A DNA stretch of 64,000 nt, from NCBI RefSeq assembly GCF_009914755.1, contig NC_060925.1. One strand, given 5' to 3'. Shown piece by piece: positions 58,601 through 64,000 of this stretch (positions within the stretch are counted from its first letter, which is position 1; every line of letters begins with the position of its first letter). Below the pieces are notes generated by a model, which had not been told where the DNA came from, ran no database searches, and saw nothing but the letters and a program-made list of their open reading frames with translations. The stretch comes from the human T2T-CHM13v2.0 reference genome, Homo sapiens. The position numbers and the translations under genes are program-made.

Positions 58601-61600
58601 TGATTCCATTCCATTCCATTTGGAGGTGGTTCCATTCGAGACCATTCGTTGATTGCATTCAATTCATTCGATGACGATTCCATTCAATTCCGTTCAATGA
58701 TTCCATTAGATTCCATTTGATGATGATTCCATTCGATTCCATTTGATGATGATTCCATGCGATTCCATTAGATGATGACTCCTTTCATTTCCATTCAATG
58801 AGGATTCCATTCGGTTCCATTTGATGATGATTCCTTTGAATTCCATTTGATGACAATTCCATTCAATACCAATTGATGATGGTTATTTTAGATACCATTT
58901 GATGATGATTGCATTTGATTCCATTTGATCATGATTCCATTCGATTCCACTCGATGATTCCATTCGATTCCATTCAATGATTATTCCATTTGAGTCGATT
59001 CGATGACTCCATTCGATTGTATTCGATGGTGATTGAATTCGAGTCCATGGATTAATCCATTGCATTCCATTCCATGATTCTATTCGAGTCCATTCGATGA
59101 TTCTATTCGATTGCATTCGATAATTCCATTTGATTGCATTTGATAAAACCATTTGATTCCATTTGAGGATAATTCCATTTGAGTCCATTCGATGATTGTT
59201 CCATTCGATTCTATTCGGTGATTCCATTCGACTTCATTTGATAATGATTCCATTCGAGACCACTCGATGATTCTATTCAATTCCATTCAATAATGATTCC
59301 ATTCGAGTCCATTCAACGATTCCATTCAAGTCCATTCGATGATTCCATCTGATTCCATTCAATGAATCCATGCGATTCCATTCTATGATGATTCCATTCA
59401 TTTCCATCTGATGATGATTCCATTCGATTCCATTCAATGATTCCATTCGATTCCATTTGATGATGATTTCAATCAATTTCATTCGATGATTCCATTCGAA
59501 TCCATTCGATGAGTCCATCCATTTCTATTTCATGATAATTCCATTCGTTTCAATTCGATGGTGTTTCCATTCGATTCCATTCGATGTTGATTCCATTAGT
59601 TTCCATTGGATGATGATTCCATTCGAGTCCATTTGATGATGATCACAATGGATTTCATTCCATAATTCTATTCGATTCCATTTGATGATGATTCCATCGG
59701 ATTCCATTTGATGATTCCATTCGTTTCCATCCGATGATGATTCCATTCGATTCCGTTCAATGATTATTCCATTCGAGTCCATTCGATGATTCCATTCGAT
59801 TCCATTCGATGATGATTGCATTCGAGTCCATGGATTCTTCCATTCCAATCCATTAGATGATTCCATTCGAGTCCATTCGATGATTCTCTTCGATTCCATT
59901 CGATAATTCCGTTTGATTCCGTTTGATGTTGATTCCATTCGAGTCCATTCGATGATAATTCCATTCGATTCTATGCGATGATTCCATTCCATTCCATTTG
60001 GAGGTGGTTCCATTCGAGACCATTCGTTGATTGCATTCAATTCATTCGATGACGATTCCATTCAATTCCATTCAATGATTCCATTAGATTCCATTTGATG
60101 ATGATTCCATTCGATTCCATTTGATGATGATTCCATGCGATTCCATTAGATGATGACTCCTTTCATTTCCATTCAATGAGGATTCCATTCGGTTCCATTT
60201 GATGATGATTCCTTTGAATTCCATTTGATGACAATTCCATTCAATACCAATTGATGATGGTTATTTTAGATACCATTTGATGATGATTACATTCGATTCC
60301 ATTTGATCATGATTCCATTCGATTCCACTCGATGATTCCATTCGATTCCATTCAATGATTATTCCATTTGAGTCGATTCGATGACTCCATTCGATTGTAT
60401 TCGATGGTGATTGAATTCGAGTACATGGATTAATCCATTGCATTCCATTCCATGATTCCATTCGAGTCCATTCGATGATTCTATTCGATTGCATTCGATA
60501 ATTCCATTTGATTGCATTTGATAAAACCATTTGATTCCATTTGAGGATAATTCCATTTGAGTCCATTCGATGATTGTTCCATTCGATTCTATTCGGTGAT
60601 TGCATTCGACTTCATTTGATAATGATTCCATTCGAGACCACTCGATGATTCTATTCAATTCCATTCAATAATGATTCCATTCGAGTCCATTCAACGATTC
60701 CATTCCAGTCCATTCGATGATTCCATCTGATTCCATTCAATGAATCCATGCGATTCCATTCTATGATGATTCCATTCATTTCCATCTGATGATGATTCCA
60801 TTCGATTCCATTCAATGATTCCATTCGATTCCATTTGATGATGATTTCAATCAATTTCATTCGATGATTCCATTCGAATCCATTCGATGATGAGTCCATC
60901 CATTTCTATTTCATGATAATTCCATTCGTTTCAATTCGATGGTGTTTCCATTCGATTCCATTCGATGTTGATTCCATTAGTTTCCATTGGATGATGATTC
61001 CATTCGAGTCCATTCGATGATGATCACAATGGATTTCATTCCATAATTCTATTCGATTCCATTTGATGATGATTCCATCTGATTCCATTTGATGATTCCA
61101 TTCGTTTCCATCCGATGATGATTCCATTCGATTCCGTTCAATGATTATTCCATTCGAGTCCATTCGATGATTCCATTCGATTCCATTCGATGATGATTAC
61201 ATTCGAGTCCATGGATTCTTCCATTCCATTCCATTAGATGATTCCATTCGAGTCCATTCGATGATTCTCTTCGATTCCATTCGATAATTCCGTTTGATTC
61301 CGTTTGATGTTGATTCCATTCGAGTCCATTCGATGATAATTCCATTCGATTCTATGCGATGATTCCATTCCATTCCATTTGGAGGTGGTTCCATTCGAGA
61401 CCATTCGTTGATTGCATTCAATTCATTCGATGACGATTCCATTCAATTCCGTTCAATGATTCCATTAGATTCCATTTGATGATGATTCCATTCGATTCCA
61501 TTTGATGATGATTCCATGCGATTCCATTAGATGATGACTCCTTTCATTTCCATTCAATGAGGATTCCATTCGGTTCCATTTGATGATGATTCCTTTGAAT

Positions 61601-64000
61601 TCCATTTGATGACAATTCCATTCAATACCAATTGATGATGGTTATTTTAGATACCATTTGATGATGATTACATTCGATTCCATTTGATCATGATTCCATT
61701 CGATTCCACTCGATGATTCCATTCGATTCCATTCAATGATTATTCCATTTGAGTCGATTCGATGACTCCATTCGATTGTATTCGATGATGATTGAATTCG
61801 AGTCCATGGATTAATCCATTGCATTCCATTCGATGATTCCATTCGAGACCATTCGATGATTCTATTCAATTCCATTCAATAATGATTTCATTCGAGTCCA
61901 TTCAACGATTCCATTCAAGTCCATTCAATGATTCCATCTGATTCCATTCAATGAATCCATGCGATTCCATTCTATGATGATTCCATTCATTTCCATCTGA
62001 TAATGATTCCATTCGATTCCATTCAATGATTCCTTTCGATTCCATTTGATGATGATTTCAATCAATTTCATTCGATGATTCCATTCGAATCCATTCGATG
62101 ATGAGTCCATCCATTTCAATTTCATGATAATTCCATTCGTTTCAATCCGATGGTGTTTCCATTCGATTCCATTCGATGTTGATTCCATTAGTTTCCATTG
62201 GATGATGATTCCATTCGAGTCCATTCAATGATGTTCACATTGGATTTCATTCCATAATTCTATTCGATTCCATTTGATGATGATTCCATCTGATTCCATT
62301 TGATGATCCCATTCGATTCCATTCGATGATGATTCCATTCGTTTCCATCCGATGATGATTCCATTCGATTCCGTTCAATTATTATTCCATTCGAGTCCAT
62401 TCGATGATTCCATTAAATTCCATTCGATGATGATTGCATTCGAGTCCATGGATTCTTCCATTCCATTCCATTAGATGATTCCATTCGAGTCCGTTCGATG
62501 ATTCTTTTCGATTCCATTCGATAATTCCGTTTGATTCCGTTTGATGTTGATTCCATTCGAGTCCATTCGATGATAATTCCATTCGATTCTATGTGATGAT
62601 TCCACTGCATTCCATTTGGAGATGGTTCCATTCGAGACCATTCCTTGATTGCATTCAATTCATTCGATGGCGATTCCATTCAATTCCGTTCAATGATTCC
62701 ATTAGATTCCATTTGATGATGATACCATTCGATTCCATTTGATGATGATTCCATGCGATTCCATTAGATGATGACTCCTTTCATTTCCATTCAATGAAGA
62801 TTCCATTCGGTTCCATTTGATGATGATTCCTTTGAATTCCGTTTGATGACAATTCCATTCAATACCAATTGATGATGGTTATTTTTGATTCCATTTGATG
62901 ATGACTACTTTCGATTCCATTTGTTCATGATTCTATTCGATTCCACTCGATGATTCCATTCAATGATGTTTCCATTCGATTTCATTGACTATTCCATTCC
63001 GTTTCAATCGATGATTCCTTTCAAGTCCATTCGATGATTCTATTCGATTGCATTCGATTATTCCATTCGATTGCATTCGATAATTCCATTCGATTCCACT
63101 TGAGGATAATTCCATTTGAGTCCATTCGATGATTGTTCCATTCGATTCTATTCGGTGATTCCATTCGATTCCATTTGATAATGATTCCTTTCGAGACCAT
63201 TCGATGATTCCATTCAATTCCATTCAATAATGATTCCATTCGAGTCCATTCAATGATTCCATTCAAGTCCATTCGATGATTCCATCTGATTCCATTCAAT
63301 GAATCCATTCGATTCCATTCTATGATGATTCCATTCATTTCCATGTGATGATGATTCCATTCGATTCCATTCAATGATTCCATTCGATTCCATTTGATGA
63401 TGATTTCAATCAATTTCATTCGATGATTCCATTCGAATCCATTCGATGATGAGTCCATCCATTTCAATTTCATGATAATTCCATTCGTTTCAATTCGATG
63501 GTGTTTCCATTCGATTCCATTCGATGATGATTCCATTAGTTTCCATTGGATGATGATTCCATTCGAGTCCATTCGATGATGATCACAATGGATTTCATTC
63601 CATAATTCTATTCGATTCCATTTGATGATGATTCCATCTGATTCCATTTGATGATTCCATTCGTTTCCATCCGATGATGATTCCATTCGATTCCGTTCAA
63701 TGATTATTCCATTCGAGTCCATTCGATGATTCCATTCGATTCCATTCGATGATGATTGCATTCGAGTCCATGGATTCTTCCATTCCATTCCATTAGATGA
63801 TTCCATTCGAGTCCATTCGATGATTCTCTTCGATTCCATTCGATAATTCCGTTTGATTCCGTTTGATGTTGATTCCATTCGTGTCCATTCGATGATAATT
63901 CCATTCGATTCTATGCGATGATTCCATTCCATTCCATTTGGAGGTGGTTCCATTCGAGACCATTCGTTGATTGCATTCAATTCATTCGATGACGATTCCA
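25600..64000 (+). repeat. Homogeneous nested tandem repeat, about 28 monomers of 1.3-1.4 kb (A type 1381/1407 bp, B type 1322 bp)
   Basis: A landmark 66-aa pseudo-ORF recurs at 25673, 26995, 28402, 29721, 32473, 33776, 35098, 36427, 37808, 40539, 41920, 43327, 44649, 46056, 47463, 48785, 50166, 51573, 52895, 54302, 57005, 58386, 59764, 61145, 62382 and 63704. Spacings are mostly 1322, 1381 or 1407. Confidence 0.93.
55600..61850 (+). repeat. Run of five consecutive A-type monomers (period 1378-1381 bp)
   Basis: GAGTCGATTC A-module at 56230, 57611, 58992, 60370 and 61751, with no B module in between. Confidence 0.88.

Larger units (their letters stand above)
1..64000 (+). repeat. Human Satellite II (HSat2/HSATII) pericentromeric array, CATTC strand on +
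   Basis: Continuous degenerate ATTCCATTCG-ATTCCATTCG-ATG(ATG) 23/26-bp units with dense TCGA (TaqI) and GANTC (HinfI) sites. Abundant CATTCGATTC and GATGAT separate it from HSat3, which is dominated by (CATTC)n runs. Confidence 0.96.

Noticed and set aside
359-63980. Numerous minus-strand ORFs up to 351 aa (MESNGIIEWNR-like), e.g. 34415-35470 and 48063-49082
   Set aside because: They are translations of the GAATG strand, which is ATG-rich and stop-poor. They overlap in several frames, are broken at different places in different copies, and show no recognisable domain.
25600-64000. CRISPR-like repeat/spacer array or programmed cassette-switching system
   Set aside because: There are no unique spacers and no cas, recombinase or reverse transcriptase genes. 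The A/B variation is explained by unequal exchange in a satellite.
1-64000. HSat3, alpha satellite or telomeric repeat assignment
   Set aside because: No long (CATTC)n runs, no 171-bp monomer or CENP-B box, and no TTAGGG. The 23/26-bp CpG-rich pattern fits HSat2.
1-64000. Inversion or embedded Alu/L1/ERV insertion
   Set aside because: No GAATG-oriented block, poly-A tail or non-satellite stretch was seen. The most degenerate patch (about 5460-5630) still follows the repeat.
1-64000. Specific chromosome, HSat2 subfamily or species call
   Set aside because: The 1.4/2.7-kb period is suggestive (not the 1.8-kb chr1 type), but assignment needs subfamily k-mer classification or mapping to T2T assemblies, which I cannot run.

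Overview
The whole 64-kb window is one uninterrupted array of human-type Satellite II (HSat2/HSATII), the CpG-rich CATTC-derived pericentromeric satellite built from 23-bp (ATTCCATTCGATTCCATTCGATG) and 26-bp (same plus ATG) units. The CATTC strand is on + throughout. I found no inversion, transposon, RNA gene or real coding gene; the ORF track is an artefact of translating the repeat. The array has three layers. (i) ~1-13.3 kb is highly diverged, with no kb-scale period. (ii) ~13.3-25.6 kb is a rearranged transition zone containing a 2366-bp tandem duplication. (iii) ~25.6-64 kb is homogeneous and made of ~1.3-1.4 kb monomers of two types (A 1381/1407 bp, B 1322 bp). Their order shifts from AB dimers (~2.7 kb) to BAA trimers (~4.1 kb) to an A-only run. 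I cannot support a novel gene-based system here; the interesting content is the evolutionary architecture of the satellite. Coordinates and spacings were read by eye and from the ORF track, and zone boundaries are approximate.
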